A stretch of 63,403 bases of DNA, the filler included, from Choristocarpus tenellus KU-1152 (Eukaryota > Protista > Phaeophyceae), in NCBI GenBank assembly GCA_964200185.2. It is 10 parts of 10 records of this genome, joined end to end, with 100 filler letters (N's around TTAATTAATTAA, not from the genome) between each part and the next. Parts side by side here need not be neighbours in the genome. Positions count along the whole stretch, not along the records: positions 27,201 to 32,238 come from CAXNAD020012090.1; positions 32,339 to 38,125 come from CAXNAD020009755.1; positions 38,226 to 45,409 come from CAXNAD020006575.1; 7 more parts are not named here. One strand, 5' to 3'. Shown here in pieces: positions 28,118 to 41,731 of this stretch. Under the pieces are notes generated by a model, which worked only from the letters and a program-made list of their open reading frames with translations, was not told the DNA's origin and ran no database searches. Positions within the stretch are counted from its first letter, which is position 1; each line of letters begins with the position of its first letter. The position numbers were made by a program, and so were the translations under genes.

Positions 28118-28430
28118 GGTATAGTATAGTATAGTATAGTATAGTATAGTATAGTACACTAAAGTGAAGTATAATAGAGGTTCAATAGTCCAGTATAGCA
28201 TAGTACAGTAAACTAAAATAAAGTAAAATAGAGGTTCCATAGTCCAGTGTGGAATAGTACACTACACAAAAATACAGCATAATAGAGATTATAATAGGCC
28301 AGTATGGAATAGTACACTACACTAAAATACAGCATAGTGGAGGCTGTAATAGCACAGTATGGAATAGTACAGTAAACTAAAATGCAGCATAGTGAGGTTG
28401 TAATAGCAGAGTATGGAATAGTACAGTACA
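28118..28430. repeat. (tagta)n plus ~55-bp satellite
   Basis: cagtatggaatagtacactacactaaaatacagcatag unit repeated ~5 times. Confidence 0.9.
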
Positions 28431-29700
28431 GGGAAGAGAAGCACAAAATAGCTCATTTATGGTCAGAAGCCGAATTTGAAAACATATCGGAAATTCCAGT
28501 TGACTGCATATTGGGGGGTCAGTGGATTGGTACTACAGTGTAACACGATACGAATACACCACTGATGGTATAACTTGAGTTCATCATACCGTCAATTTCC
28601 TTTCACCGTCATACTGTACCGCCAACTCCATTTATGTTTTCTTAACTCCTCAACACACACAAAAAAATAACTCAACACCCCCAAGACTTCCCAGCAAGCT
28701 TGAAGAAGGCATGAACACGCCCGTATTTACACCAACACCAGCACACGCTGCACAGCAACACGCCTTCCATTTGGCACCTTGCAATCGACGAGGCCCACAC
28801 CATTTTGGATGTTTTGAATTGTCCTTGGTCAAGAGGCAGACATGATTCGAAAGCGCAGTAGAGAATGGAACGCCTCTTATATCTGACATTAATACTGCTC
28901 TTGAGCGAAACAAGGTCAACTCACACCATGGGAAATAAAAGCAATTAGCTTTGAAAAACGATTCTCAAAAAGAATCGACTTAACCGATACAAACCCTTGT
29001 AAGGCCCTTGATCTACAAGCTTCAACTTGGTTTTCTGCGCTGCAACAGCGAGCACTGCGTGATCAACTGCCTACAACAGAGTACCTGAACTTACCCTTCC
29101 CCTCATACATTCAGCAGCGAAATCACACTTCCCCTTGCAACACTCTACCCTTACCCAATAGGCATGCCCTGCCAGAAAGCATCATGTCTTGGAATGTCAG
29201 CTCAAGAGTTGGTACCCCACCCTTCAACTCGGTTGCCCCGCTGGCTAGCCCACTTCAACTGGTAAATTAATGAAGCTACAACACTGAAACAGTTGTTGCT
29301 CCAACCCACTACACACAATACTATTATTCTACCCATGGTATCAACCTGTCCCCTGCGTCCTCCTCATTACTGTGCCCTAAGACCCTGGAAACTACATACC
29401 TCTTGATATTGCAGGCTTCTCTTTCCCTTCGGTACCATGCTTATCAGTGCCCACTATTCAGCATTGCCCACTCGTTATGTATGTATCACTCAAGCTCCTC
29501 CAACCAAAGCTTCTCACCCCCACCCTAGTGGATCACACCCTGACAACAATAATCAATGACATTGTATCACCTCGCTGGCTCTCCTTTTCTATTTTTCTGT
29601 CGCGCTTTTGCTCAGCAGGCCTTCCTCAGTCACCAAGAAAGCATATTTCCAACTCTTGCAAACACACACACCCTCCTTGGTAGCACACCTCCCTGCCCAC

Positions 29701-30676
29701 CTTGAAAACTGGTCCAACAGGATGATTAAGGCCAGTATGGATCGCGGTCTTCTCCGCCAGCGAGTTGTGAGCTCCCCCCTTTCTGCCCTTTCCAGTAGTC
29801 CAGCGAATCGATCCTTAATTAATGCGTCCGCTCTACCCACGTTATCTCCCTTGTACAGAATAATTCAGTCAAAAGAGTGGATCATAAAATACTAGTGGAG
29901 GGAAAGTAAAGGGACTAGATGGGGGAGGATTGAAGGGTCCATTTTCCAGCTCAAGAAAGATTGAAATGAAGGATGTGAACACAAACGGCAGATAATGATT
30001 GTACAGGAGAACCCTACCTGAAACTTCGGGGTGTCGACAAAGATCTGATACGCCCGTTCCCATTCGAGCGTCTGAGGACCACATCGGTGAAGATACATAA
30101 TGCAGTTCACTGATGCTATAACACCATGGATTCATGCATCGTTCAAAGACTGGGATACGGGGAATAGGGAATGAGAAATGGTCACAATCACCCGAATAAG
30201 TCACAGTGATCTGAGCAGTTGCACATCACATCCCTGGGTATTTCGCTGATACTATACTAGAATATTGATGCATGCATTCGTCTTACATACTTTGTGGCCA
30301 CCACATTCTGAGAAAATTGGGCGAAGCACCAAGCACGAGGTGGTGCTTGGTCTCAGTTTGGCAAACACCTGAGTCTCACCTGGGGGAACCACTTGGTACG
30401 GTGGTTGTCAGCAATTGGCCCATCGAACCACGTGGTTAAAATGAGATCTACAGCTTCATCCTCCTTGCAGTCACCTAGTCCATCCGTGATTGTCCCCTCG
30501 GTGCCATTCTCCTCATCGTGCAATTGCTCCACATGGTTGACTAGACCACGGCTTGCCGATTGGGCTGCTGAAGGATACCCCTGGGCGCGTCCAACACAGT
30601 ACGCCGAAACAGCGGCAACAGCAGATGTCAGCAACCACAATAGCTCTTTCTTACTAGCAGTGGTCAACCACATCAT
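29701..30676 (-). CDS. DUF924 family protein, first exons (30380-30676, 29701-29849); later exons not identified
   Basis: ILTTWFDG...KWFPQ|GDNVGRADALIKDRFAGLLERAERGEL..W...PRSILALIILLDQFSR is the DUF924 signature; phase-0 GT-AG join. Confidence 0.85.
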
Positions 30677-32176
30677 GCCATATCGACTCAAAGATGATAA
30701 CAACAATGTGTTGTGGTTGTAAGTGTTCAATTGAGGGATATCATACCTTGGTCAGGCGTATGAGAGATCTCTCACTGAACCCTTTTTTTAAAGAATCAAT
30801 GGTATGTATAGGTGACCCTTTCTTCTCGTACTTACGGGGTCTGTTCCCGAAACGAATTTCGCAAACTCGAACCCCTTTGACGCCAGAGTTTTTTTCTCAG
30901 AAATTTGGTTTCGATAATGCAACCCCAGAGATTTATACACCTTTTTAGACCATTACTATATTATCGTGTTTAGTTGTACCACAAAAACACATCAGACAAA
31001 GAAGATCAAGGTGGAAACTTAGAACAAAGGCCAACACAACATTAGAGGGAGGAGACGGAGCGATGATCTTTGGTAGTGCTGAATCCACCACGCGATAAGA
31101 AAGACAGGAAACAGAGGGAGTACAGTATGTCACAGAGGGATGAAGAGTTGGTACCTTACCGTGTCGCTAGTATGAAAGGTGGTGGGGGGTGAGTAGTTCA
31201 TGAAGTAAATTTGGATGGATCTTATTGAAGAAACAAGAATTGTTTCGTTGAATACACAACTCTATGAAAGTCCAGAAAAAGGTGTTGATTGCTCTTTTCT
31301 GATGTTGGATTGAGGCCGTTCTGCGGTCTTGAGTTCCTCACAAGGCAAGCATGTGAACGACTCTGTGACCAATCAAAGGTTCAAACAGAATCTACAGAGA
31401 GTGAGAAATTGTTCTCACTGATTGGTCTCAGCCTACTTCTCTCTCACGCTCAAATTCCTTCACACCTGCCTCTGACCACAAGTGCGAATAATCCCCGCAC
31501 TAATGGAAATAAATGAAAGCAAACAAGCGTCCAAAAATGTTGTAACATATCCTACAACACAACAATAATGATGGAAGGAATTAGTATGTACAATAATAAG
31601 ATTGATTTTTGAATTTTTTTTTAGTATATTCCTATTCAATACTTTTAATACTCTACCGTATACATAGTAGTAGTTATCGTACTGGTATCTCCATGACAGT
31701 AGCATCGTAGAAAAAGGTTCTATTCATTCAACCTTCACATTTTTCAGATAGATGTTGCCATGAAGGGAGCAAGAAAAAACATGAATACGAAGAAACAGTA
31801 ACAAAAAAGACATTCTATATTCTTTACAATGGTGAATCCCCTCCCTATAATAAACCAACCAAACAAAACCTTGGTATCATGGACATCTTTGTCAAGACAG
31901 ACAACTAACTGTCCTGTTATCCTTTGAACCAGAAAAATTCCTGGAACCCTACCACTGTTTTTCATGGTGGACTATGATTGTTGTTGATCTCATATAAGCG
32001 ATGACTATAGGGTGCTTGTCCCTGCACTTATGGTTGTATGTGCTGGTTGAGGGAAGTTGGCGCCTTGTCCCAATAATGGACAACGGGATATTATCTATTT
32101 TAATATTTTGAAAAAATACTGCAACGTATAATTTGAAGCAATAATACTTCCATTATTACTATATCTACTATGAAAA

Positions 32177-32412
32177 GACCCAACGTATCTGGGGGGGGGG
32201 GGGGAGCGGGGGGTCAAATTGGGCCAAAATCAGGAAAANNNNNNNNNNNNNNNNNNNNNNNNNNNNNNNNNNNNNNNNNNNNTTAATTAATTAANNNNNN
32301 NNNNNNNNNNNNNNNNNNNNNNNNNNNNNNNNNNNNNNATTTCATCAAAATCACAACATTGGATTTTGACCCCCAAATGGACGTGGCTCTACCCTCTAAG
32401 ATACTTTGGCTC
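32177..32412. mobile_element. MITE A start (32177-32238) and MITE B end (32339-32412) on either side of a linker
   Basis: gacccaacgtatctgggg and accctctaagatactttggctc termini. Confidence 0.75.
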
Positions 32413-32975
32413 ATTTGTAGTGTTTTTGGGGTGAGATGGAGTGACCTGTTTTTCATATTTAGAGACGATCACATATAAGGATCCCCAAACGAGATTTGAT
32501 GGCTGTTGCTAAGTAGATAGGTCTATGACTGTGGCAGAAACGAGCTGACTTCAAAACCGACTCTATTTTATCTGACAGTGAGTTAGGCATATTCATGGAA
32601 ATGCATATAGAAATATGAAAGAAAAATCTTGATTGTATTTTACACTTTTCTTTCTAAATAAGTAGAGAAGTGCAGCATTTTGAAGCATAACAGAAGGAAC
32701 TGAGGGCGGTATGACATTTCAGACCGGTAGAAGGAAAGGGGTGGTGGGTTAGACTGCAGTGACAGAAATTTCTATTGTTTTGTGTCTATCAATTTTTATT
32801 AGTGACAGGTACTACAATAGTATCTTACAGTGAGGTGTATCATGGACTGTATGTTCTGTTTACCCTCTTGTCATCGTTGATCCTGAATTTAGATAGCACT
32901 ATTGTGGCTATTACATTGGAATGTCAAGTTTATGTTCTTTACCACCTCCAACTTGGTGTTGACACGCTCCTTCAG

Positions 32976-34785
32976 GCGAATCCTTCACCCATGTCCGAAG
33001 CACTTCGATCTCTAGGATATGAGGTGCTGGTCAAGATCAAGATCCTTGATGACGTAAGTATGTATGTATTATGTATGTATGGGGCAACACCATTATTCAT
33101 ATACCCTGTTAGTCAGTACCACAGTTTAGAGCTTGGTGAAAGATAGTAATAGAAAGGAATGAGACAAGATAGAGAGAAAGTATCTTAGAGGGTAGAGCCG
33201 TGTCCTTTTGGGGGACAAAATCCAATATTGCACTTTTATTGTAATTTTGACTATCAAGTTTGCTGATCCAGTTTATGATTTTTTGGTGTTTCGAGTGTGT
33301 TTAATGAATTGCAACATAATGTAGAGCGTATTCCTGACCTTGCTGACTGATGTTTGCCCTTCCAACTCTGTTGGAACTGTAATGCAGTAGAACTAGATGG
33401 GTAAATGGAATTGAGGTGGAAGATGAACAACACATAGGGTGCTCTCATGCGTTATGCTTTGGGGCCCAGCAAGGGGTTATTCCATTGGCTAATGTTCTAC
33501 CTCAAATCTAAAACGAACACCAGACTTGATACGATTCCAGCTACATCTAGTGCAAGCATTGCGATCTATCTGTTGACCTTCTTTGTGGAAACAGGAATCG
33601 ATTCTCTTGATAGAAAGTTTGACAAAATTTACCATGATTAGTGTAATGTTGACCAAAACACTTACAATGGAAACAGGAACTTAAATATCAATTACTTTTT
33701 TATATTATTTTATGTACTTGCAATTGGACTAACTTCTTTCCTTTCCTTTTTTCTTTTTTCTTTTTTTTTCTTGTTCTTGCTTTGGTATATTCTCTCGATC
33801 ACAGCTTCTGGTAGAGTATGGAAATAAGTCAGTGCTGGCGAAGTTTGCAATGTCTCGGATATGCAAACACCACTTTGATGAGGCTGACTCTGCTATGCAG
33901 AAGGCCCTGGCCAATCTTGATGTGAGCGTTCTTCAATGATATTATAATATTTTTGTGGGTTACATTAGTGGACAGTACACATCCCTCTTGTTTCTTTGTT
34001 GCTTTCTAATCCATCATTCATGACTTATTCTGTGTGCTTCACAGTGTGCCTAGGATCAACCAGACTGTAATGTTATTAGTGCTTTTTCTGAGCAAAGATG
34101 GTCTCTTTGTGGGTGGGTCGCCGAATAGATATATCTGGAAAATTCCCAGTTCCCAGTTCCCAAGGAATCAGAAGTTGTCTGCATGACTGTGAGCCTCAAT
34201 TCCTTGGTCGTAACCCTAACATTAGTCAACTTTAGTCATGGGCAGGTTCTGGCAAAGCCACACCTACTATTCTACCTTCTAAATGATAGACTGCAACCCT
34301 ATTGATTAGTTCAATGTTTTAGTGTCTTACACTATGCCTTCAGCTCAGCACCTTGAATGCGATTATACCATGAGCAGTATTGCTGTGTAGGTGAACACTA
34401 ACTTGTATAATATTACAATTCACCCATGCTTTGCCCATCCCAACCCAACTGCTTGTCCAAGGTGGGTGTGAATGTTGAGCTTCTGGGGAATGTGGACGAG
34501 GTCAAGCATGTGGTCCTTGAGATTGATGGGAAGGCTGACATGATCATAGCGGGGCAGATACGACAAGAAGCTGCTGCCAAGGAACAGATGGAGATGTTTG
34601 AGATTCGGTTGTCACAGTTCAGTCACATGTTGGAAGGTGTTCTTAGTGGGTCGGGCTCAAGCGAGATGAACAACACGGCGAAAACCAAGGAGCAGCGCAT
34701 AAGAAGGCTGGACAAGCTTCAGATTGAGAAAAATGATCTCCAATTCCTCTCCACTAAGCCTTTTGCGGTGGGGGGGTATTCCTCG
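32976..34785 (+). CDS. MLKL-N-terminal-like helical domain + coiled linker + start of a protein kinase; exons 32976-33053, 33805-33921, 34462-34785 (partial)
   Basis: Three phase-0 GT-AG exons give ANPSPMSEALRSLGYEVLVKIKILDD-LLVEYGNKSVLAKFAMSRICKHHFDEADSAMQKALANLD-VGVNVELLGNVDEV...LQIEKNDLQFLSTKPFAVGGYSS; the last part is kinase subdomain I. Confidence 0.65.
33172..33256 (-). mobile_element. MITE family B fragment in intron
   Basis: gagagaaagtatcttagagggtagagccgtgtcc terminus. Confidence 0.8.
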
Positions 34786-36921
34786 GTGAGATGTGATGTT
34801 TCAAAAACTATGTTGTGGGCCAGGCAGGATGAACGAAAAAAAGAAAGGGAAAATTTATGATTTTTTTTTCTTTTTTAGTACTGTTTATTTATTTTGTTTT
34901 AGAGATGCTATGTTGGTTTTGTTGCAGGAAGAGTGGATCAACACGAACCATTTCTCAATTAGTCTTGTGAAGGGAAAATCTGTTACTTTGATTCCAGTCT
35001 CAAGTAAGAATGTCTCAAGAAATACGCTCAAATAGAAAAGTAAATAATTTTTAGGAGTGATTTGCTTAGTGCAGGTTTATTTTAAAGCCCGAATGTTACT
35101 GTACTCAGCAATACTGTTGTAGTTGAAGATTTATTGAATGGTCCTCTGTTTGTGTTGAAGTCTTGATTCCTTCTGTTGATTCTCCTCCCTGAGCTTTCCT
35201 TTTGTAATTGTTGCTTGATTATAAATACAGAAACCGAAAATTGAAAGTAAATTTGTGATTATATAGTTTCAGGACGTTTCATCGGGTCAATAAATTAAAA
35301 TTGTCTCACCTGCCATCTGGACCGGTCCCACTATTATCTGATATGTCCCGGCTCATTTCCAGTAGGTGTTGAACCAGTCCATATCCGCTGACCAGATTGG
35401 GTTGGCCATATTCCGGCATGTCCACACTATATCCACTGGGTATTATAATGTTCCGTGACCACTGCCCGGACAGGGTTTAACATTCTCTAACATGTTTGGG
35501 TCATGTGCATTGGGTCCTTTGAATTTGTTCAGCCACTCCATGCGAAAAGTGCAAAATTTGTACAAAATGTGGTAGGTAAAGTTGGGTGTGCATATAGACA
35601 GTACTCTTTCTGTTCACCTCTAGACTTCCTTGGTACAAAATCATGAAGGGCACATCCATATGTATGTGCAATGAGAATATCAGGAGGCATGCATGGGTGG
35701 AAAATGATTTAACCATGTATTTACTATTTTTATGGATTTGGTGATGTCTTATCGTTAGTTTTTAGTAGCCTAGGATAGGAAACTAGAAGTAGGAAATAAT
35801 ATAAGAAATATCAATATATCTATATGTTGAAATAGAAAGCCAACCTACTATTGTAAGATACTTTTTGTTTTTTCAATAGTAGTACAGGATACAAGATACC
35901 AGTAGAGTAAATGGTGAATGGGGAACTATAGCAATGACTTGGCGATCTGAGTGTCAAACAAATATTACCTGATCAGCCATTGATATAATATTCTGGCATG
36001 GCCAAGTCCTGGACATTGCTAATTGAATGCAAAAGGTGCCGCTAGTCAGGCCTCTACAAGCAAGTTTGAATATGGCCGAGTGCATGACCATCAACTCCAG
36101 CATGACCAGATCATGGGCCAGGTCGCGGCCATATGGCGCATAGTGGACATGCTAACTGCCGAGCCCAGTGAAACACCCTGGTTATCTTTTACAAAAATGC
36201 TTGCTGAGTGGTCTGCTCACAGAGTTTGGGAACTCGCGCACCTTGATTCATGTGCTGTATGTATGTTTCCATTATAATCAAGCACATCGATTTTTTTTAG
36301 TCAAATTATCATACACTCATAAATGATTTAAATTTCAGTTCAGAATGCTAGTGCATGTTGTCACTTTCTCTGAGGTGCCCCCATATACCAATACTTCACA
36401 ATTTTTGTCTTAAGAGTAACAAACACTTTACCCTTTGATGTGTTTTAGGACGCAAAGCAATGCCAAGATATCATTAATATTGTGATTATAGATACTTGTT
36501 GAAGAGTTGAGGCGAACTTGAAAATTATGCTCTGATGGCCTCTTAGGGGTGGGATGGAGCACTACTTGATATTTTTCCAGGTGCTCTCTTGAAACTCTAC
36601 TCTTGAAACCCCCCCCGAAATATGTTGATGGAGGCTGTTCCCTACTTGATTTCGTGGGTTGAACCCCAATGGTGCCAGACAACTTGGCATAGAAATCTGC
36701 TTTTGATTATTCAGAGTCCAAGTGGTGAGCACTATCGATTATACAAATACCGCTAGTATTCCAACAGTTGCTTACCACTATGATACCAGACCAAGAGAAT
36801 GATGTGGCAAGGCTTCATTGCCGAGGAATACCTGTACGGATCTATGGCAAGAATTGAGGCAGGAGGTGGAGCGATGAGCGGCGGAATGGCTGAACCCAAA
36901 TCACGAGAAACAAGGCATTAA

Positions 36922-37192
36922 GACCCATAGTATCCTAGAGGGGAGTCAGATGTCTATTCGGGGCCTGTATGAACTTGTAGTGATTTACATGTCATCTGAG
37001 TGAACATATCAGACGTAAGAGAAATTTCCTTCACCTGAACGCACCTTCCTTTCCACCCCCCTGCCAGAACCAAATCCAAAGCAAAGACACCCACAACACG
37101 GGCATCAAGTTGAATTTTCTCACAACACCCCCATCAACCTCTGAATGGACAACCTAAACAAAATATCCTCCTCCTCTAAGATACTATGGGTC
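36922..37192 (+). mobile_element. MITE family C
   Basis: 20-bp TIR with one mismatch, gacccatagtatcctagagg/cctctaagatactatgggtc; flanks ttaa/tgaa. Confidence 0.88.
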
Positions 37193-37589
37193 TGAACAGT
37201 TACAGTACAATTAGTGCTAGTGCAGCAGTTTTTAAGTTAAGTTATTATAACAAGTATGGCAGTGTATAGTGCCTCTTACCACGGTTGGGGATAGTTCCAA
37301 GACAGATGTGAAATGCAATAAATGCAGGTAGCTGAGTAGGTAGGCAGTTATGACGGTCAACATAATGCCCTTCATCATGCAGTGGCGAGCTGCCTGATCT
37401 CTTCTAGAGTGCAAGAGAGAGATCAGCCACTCTGATAAAAAGTGGAAAACATCTTGTTTTTCCAATCTCCTATTGAGTGAGAGATGCAGAATGGAAGGGG
37501 AGGTAATGATGATACTGGAGATAGGGAGTAGCGTTTGTTGGCATCATCCCTACGACAAGAAGTAGTTTAGTAGCTTACTTGCTACCCCT

Positions 37590-37911
37590 TGTCAAGATTA
37601 TGCTTGACCATTTGTGAGAATATGATTTGAAGTATTATTTTATGTACGCACAGAAGATAATGCCGAACATTCGGGCTATTTAGGCGGGGTATTTGNNNNN
37701 NNNNNGTAATCGGCGGACTATTAGAGTCGGAGTGTTTCTGACGTGTACTAGAGATACGTTGAGTCATTTGATATTCTGAGTCATTCAATGTAAGGACTGG
37801 TGAGCCCCACCTAGTACAGGTATCTCACTCTCTTCTCAACTGTGGTACAAGTTAATAAACAAAAATATAACTAATTGTGTGGGACAACAGATCGTCAAGG
37901 ACAGCTTAACA
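37590..37911 (+). mobile_element. LTR, probably the 5' LTR of a Copia element
   Basis: tgtcaag...ttaaca with AATAAA; homologous to solo LTR 61645-61959; followed across a gap by Copia gag-pol. Confidence 0.8.
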
Positions 37912-38225
37912 TGCTATAGCACCCTATTAAGCGTGCTTGCATAGTTATTTTACTTGGATTTTAGCTATCACCAGGAAGGAGTCAAGATAAATAATGATGC
38001 CCAGATCAAGAATCGATCCAAGTCTAAACTCCATAGATGATGGAATGGATGAAATGACTATGACCCGGGAGGGGGATGTGATACATGATGGGACATCAGC
38101 TTCGCAAGGGGGCGAGGCTAGGGCTNNNNNNNNNNNNNNNNNNNNNNNNNNNNNNNNNNNNNNNNNNNNTTAATTAATTAANNNNNNNNNNNNNNNNNNN
38201 NNNNNNNNNNNNNNNNNNNNNNNNN

Positions 38226-41030
38226 CATACATATTTTACCGTAACTGTCCGATAGAGTTGGAAGAGTCTAATCGAACAGGGGTGAGCATCAGCAATCGTT
38301 GCTCGATATGAAAACGAGGGTCAGCCAGACGGCCAAGGGGCCTGGATAGAGCTAGAAAGAGTCTATGGAGGACGCGCGGAGGACGAGATCCCCAAGCTCA
38401 TCGCTTTGGAGGCGGGACTCCAAGAACACCGGTGCGCAGTGTCTCAGGATAGCACTGATTTTGTCGTTAAACTCAAGCAGCTATTTTCGGACTTCGAGGA
38501 GCTCAAGGAGCCTAAATCCGAAAACATGAAACGGGCATTTATACGGCTTGGGATCAAGGAAGCCATGCCATATTTGTTCGTGCAATTAATAACGCGCCCT
38601 GACATCGGATATGAGGAGGTCAAACGGGCAATTATCTCTTCGACAACTTTCCTTCACTCAGACCAAGATGGGCATGATGGGGTATTGACAATGCACGGCA
38701 CTGTAGGGAATGGCCATGCTGGGAAGTCCGGGGGATCAGCTGGAAGCAGTCCCAAACCAAACCAGTAACAATGTGCATACTGCTTGAAGATGAACCATCA
38801 ATGGAAGGATGGAAAGTCACCTCCAGAATGCCCGCCTGGGATGGTGCCTTCGAGAACATTTCCGCCACCTCCACCTGGTGGGAGCAGAAACAGAGTCAAA
38901 GGAGACCGAGCGCGCTCCTTCTCCACCTTCAAGGTGACAGCAGACGAGGAGGATAACAAAAGTGCGATACTCAACTCCTCCAGTGGAAGACAAGTCGAGA
39001 TGTTGTGTAACTCCAGAGCAAACATCCAACTTATACCTGATTGTGAAGACCTCGTAAGCACTCGGCCCACCAAACGGATAAGCACCTTCGGTAACAATGG
39101 AAAATTTGGAAGCGAAGGAAACTGGGGATATGGTTCAAATGGTGACAAACAAGAATGGCATACCAACAAGAGTGGTTCTGAAGGGTGTTTTATGGGTGCC
39201 AGGTCTACCATGCCGCAAATTGAGGAACAAAAGAAAGTTATTTGAAGACCTACAAGAATTCTCCCAAGACAAACCTATGAAATTCTGGGGGTTCTTGAAC
39301 AAAACAGGAACCATCATCGACGAAGAACAAAACTCGAGAGCCAGCGCAGCACGAACAATCAAAAGCAGAACCTGACATTGAACGACTGACACAACATATT
39401 GGGCCACATCAACCCATTGGTTATCAAGCTTCTCAAGAAGCGTGGACTGTTGAAGATCACCGACGCTACTGTGGCGTCAGAACTGCGATGCGAGACATGC
39501 AAGGAATGCAAATCAGAGGCTTTGAGCTATCAACGGGGTGGTAGGAACCCCAAGCAACCTGGTGAGGTTGTCCACACGGATTTGGCGGGACCTTTTCAAC
39601 CAGACATCATAGGTCACAAATATTTTCTGGTGTTTGTCGATGAGAGCAGCTGAGATAAGAGGGTTTATGGATTGAAAACCAAAAACGCAGCGACAGACGC
39701 AACTGCTGCCTATATCGGCCAGATGGTCAGGTAAGGTATACCAGTACAGTGTATCAGTGGAGTTGGTGCTGGCGAGCTTGGGAGATCGGTAAAGTTCCGA
39801 AGGATGCTGACGAACAACGGTATCAGATAGAGGAGATCCCCACCGAGAACACCACAGAGCAACAGGATCGTGGAACAGACGATAAAGCAACTCATGGGCG
39901 CAGCAAGGAGTCAACTGGTAAAGGCTGGGCTGGGCGATGAGTACTGGTTCTATGCCATCACCAACGTCGCCTTCAAAGCTGGAGGTATGCCACATGAATA
40001 CCTGGGAGGAGAGACACCATGTGAGCATATAACAGGAAAATCCTTCAATTATGATAGGCTTCGGGTCTAGGGAAGTGAGTGCTATGTTCACCAGGACAAG
40101 CAGCAGAGGGGAGTCGGTTCAAAGTTTCACTCATACTCCAAGCGGGGAATCATCGTGGGACATGATCGTACATCACTGTGTTGGCACATCTGACTTCCCC
40201 AAGAGGCCGAGTTGGTGACCTCAGCCCAAGTGACGTTCGAGCCAGACGAACACATCATGGACTTCGTGGGGGAGAGAGAGACCATGACTTGATCGACAAT
40301 GACGACATCTCCGATACTGAAGACGAGTCCGATGGGGATCCAAGCTTGCTCTGGGCAAATTAACTATACACTCTCCCAGTTCCTGGGTATCGCCATAGTG
40401 TAAGCTCCTGTAGTCCACCCTGGGTTGTTCAGCTATCCTGGTTGACCTCAGTTGCCCAGTAGGTGAACTTTTCGAGTTCTTGCTCGATGTTGTTGGTATC
40501 GGATCAACTGCAATATCGAGATCCCCTTTGGACTCGCCTTCAGTATCGGAAATATCGTCATTGTCGGTCAAAGTCATGGTCTCTCTGGGCTTGATCAGGT
40601 ATGGAGACTCAGACTGGGGCAATAACACTGCTTCAAGACGAAGCATGACGGAATATCTAATCCTACTGAATGAAGCACTAATTGCATGGAAATCCAAGAT
40701 GCAAGAAACTGTAACAATATCTCCGTCAGAAGCAGAATGGGCAGCGATGGTACATGGAATGAGGCATGTAATAGTCCTCAGAGCCATCCTTGGGGTCACG
40801 ACTTGGTATGGGGACAATCGAGGTGTGATCCAAGCAGAGATAACTGAAGGTTTCAATGGAAGGACAAGGCATGTCGACATCAAGCTGAAATGCGCCAGGG
40901 AGTATGTCAACCAACGATTTTTCACAGTAAAGTATATACCCACGGCACTACAACTTGCAGACATCTTGACAACTGAATACTCAAGAAGCAGGTAGAAGAC
41001 TTTGTAGACACTGTGTTGACAAGATGAATG
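38226..41030 (+). mobile_element. decayed Ty1/Copia gag-pol lacking RT
   Basis: Gag, degenerate protease (LCNSRANIQL), HNILGHINP..CETCKECK, VHTDLAGPF..YFLVFVDESS integrase, GSECYVH SH3, then RNase H YGDSDWG...SEAEW...RTRHVDIK...QLADILT; PPT-like ggggagtg near 41084. Confidence 0.93.
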
Positions 41031-41656
41031 TCATGTGTATGTGAGAGTTGAAGCGATTTGTGTTCTTTACTTCCTCTCTCATTGGGGAGTGTGCAAAATA
41101 GGACAACAGTGAGCTGTACCTTATTTTGTGAATGTGAAATTATTGCGTTGAAATGAGTCCAAATGATGTCACTAAGAGATAGTACATCTGTATTATCTAT
41201 GGAGTTCGGCATAGTAGTTAAACTGTTCTGACGCAAATAATAATAAATAAACAAGCAATAGAAGACACCCAACAAAGGCCACTCTTCTAATTTCATCCAT
41301 TCTTTTCACGTTCAGCAAAAGGGATCGTGTGAGTCTCCACACCTTCTTGTCTTCACTACAGATAAATAGCAGTACCTTCCAAGGTAAATTGGACAGTAAT
41401 GACATCAACTATATCTCTATAGCATTGATCATGAACGCTCATTTTCCCAAGACATTCACCCACAAAGGTGATACTCAGGTTTAGTGCATGGATGTGCTTC
41501 CTGTGCTTACTGTACATCAAGTTCAACACGAATACAAACCCGTGCGTATTGAAGACTTGACCACACACAATCGGAAATGCACTGTCTGCAGAACCTGTGG
41601 TCTCAATGATTTTTCCCCTTCCCCCCTTCCCATCTGTCAACCCCTCCGGTTGACAG

Positions 41657-41731
41657 GAGGAGGATGAGGCAGAGTCATCGTCCAGTCAGAGTGAGATGAA
41701 GGACAGCAAGCGCAAGAATTCTGACAATGAG
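41657..41731 (+). CDS. isolated candidate exon (EEDEAESSSSQSEMKDSKRKNSDNE), gene unknown
   Basis: Pyrimidine-rich acceptor ending cag, gtagga donor, 75 nt, phase 0. Confidence 0.4.
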
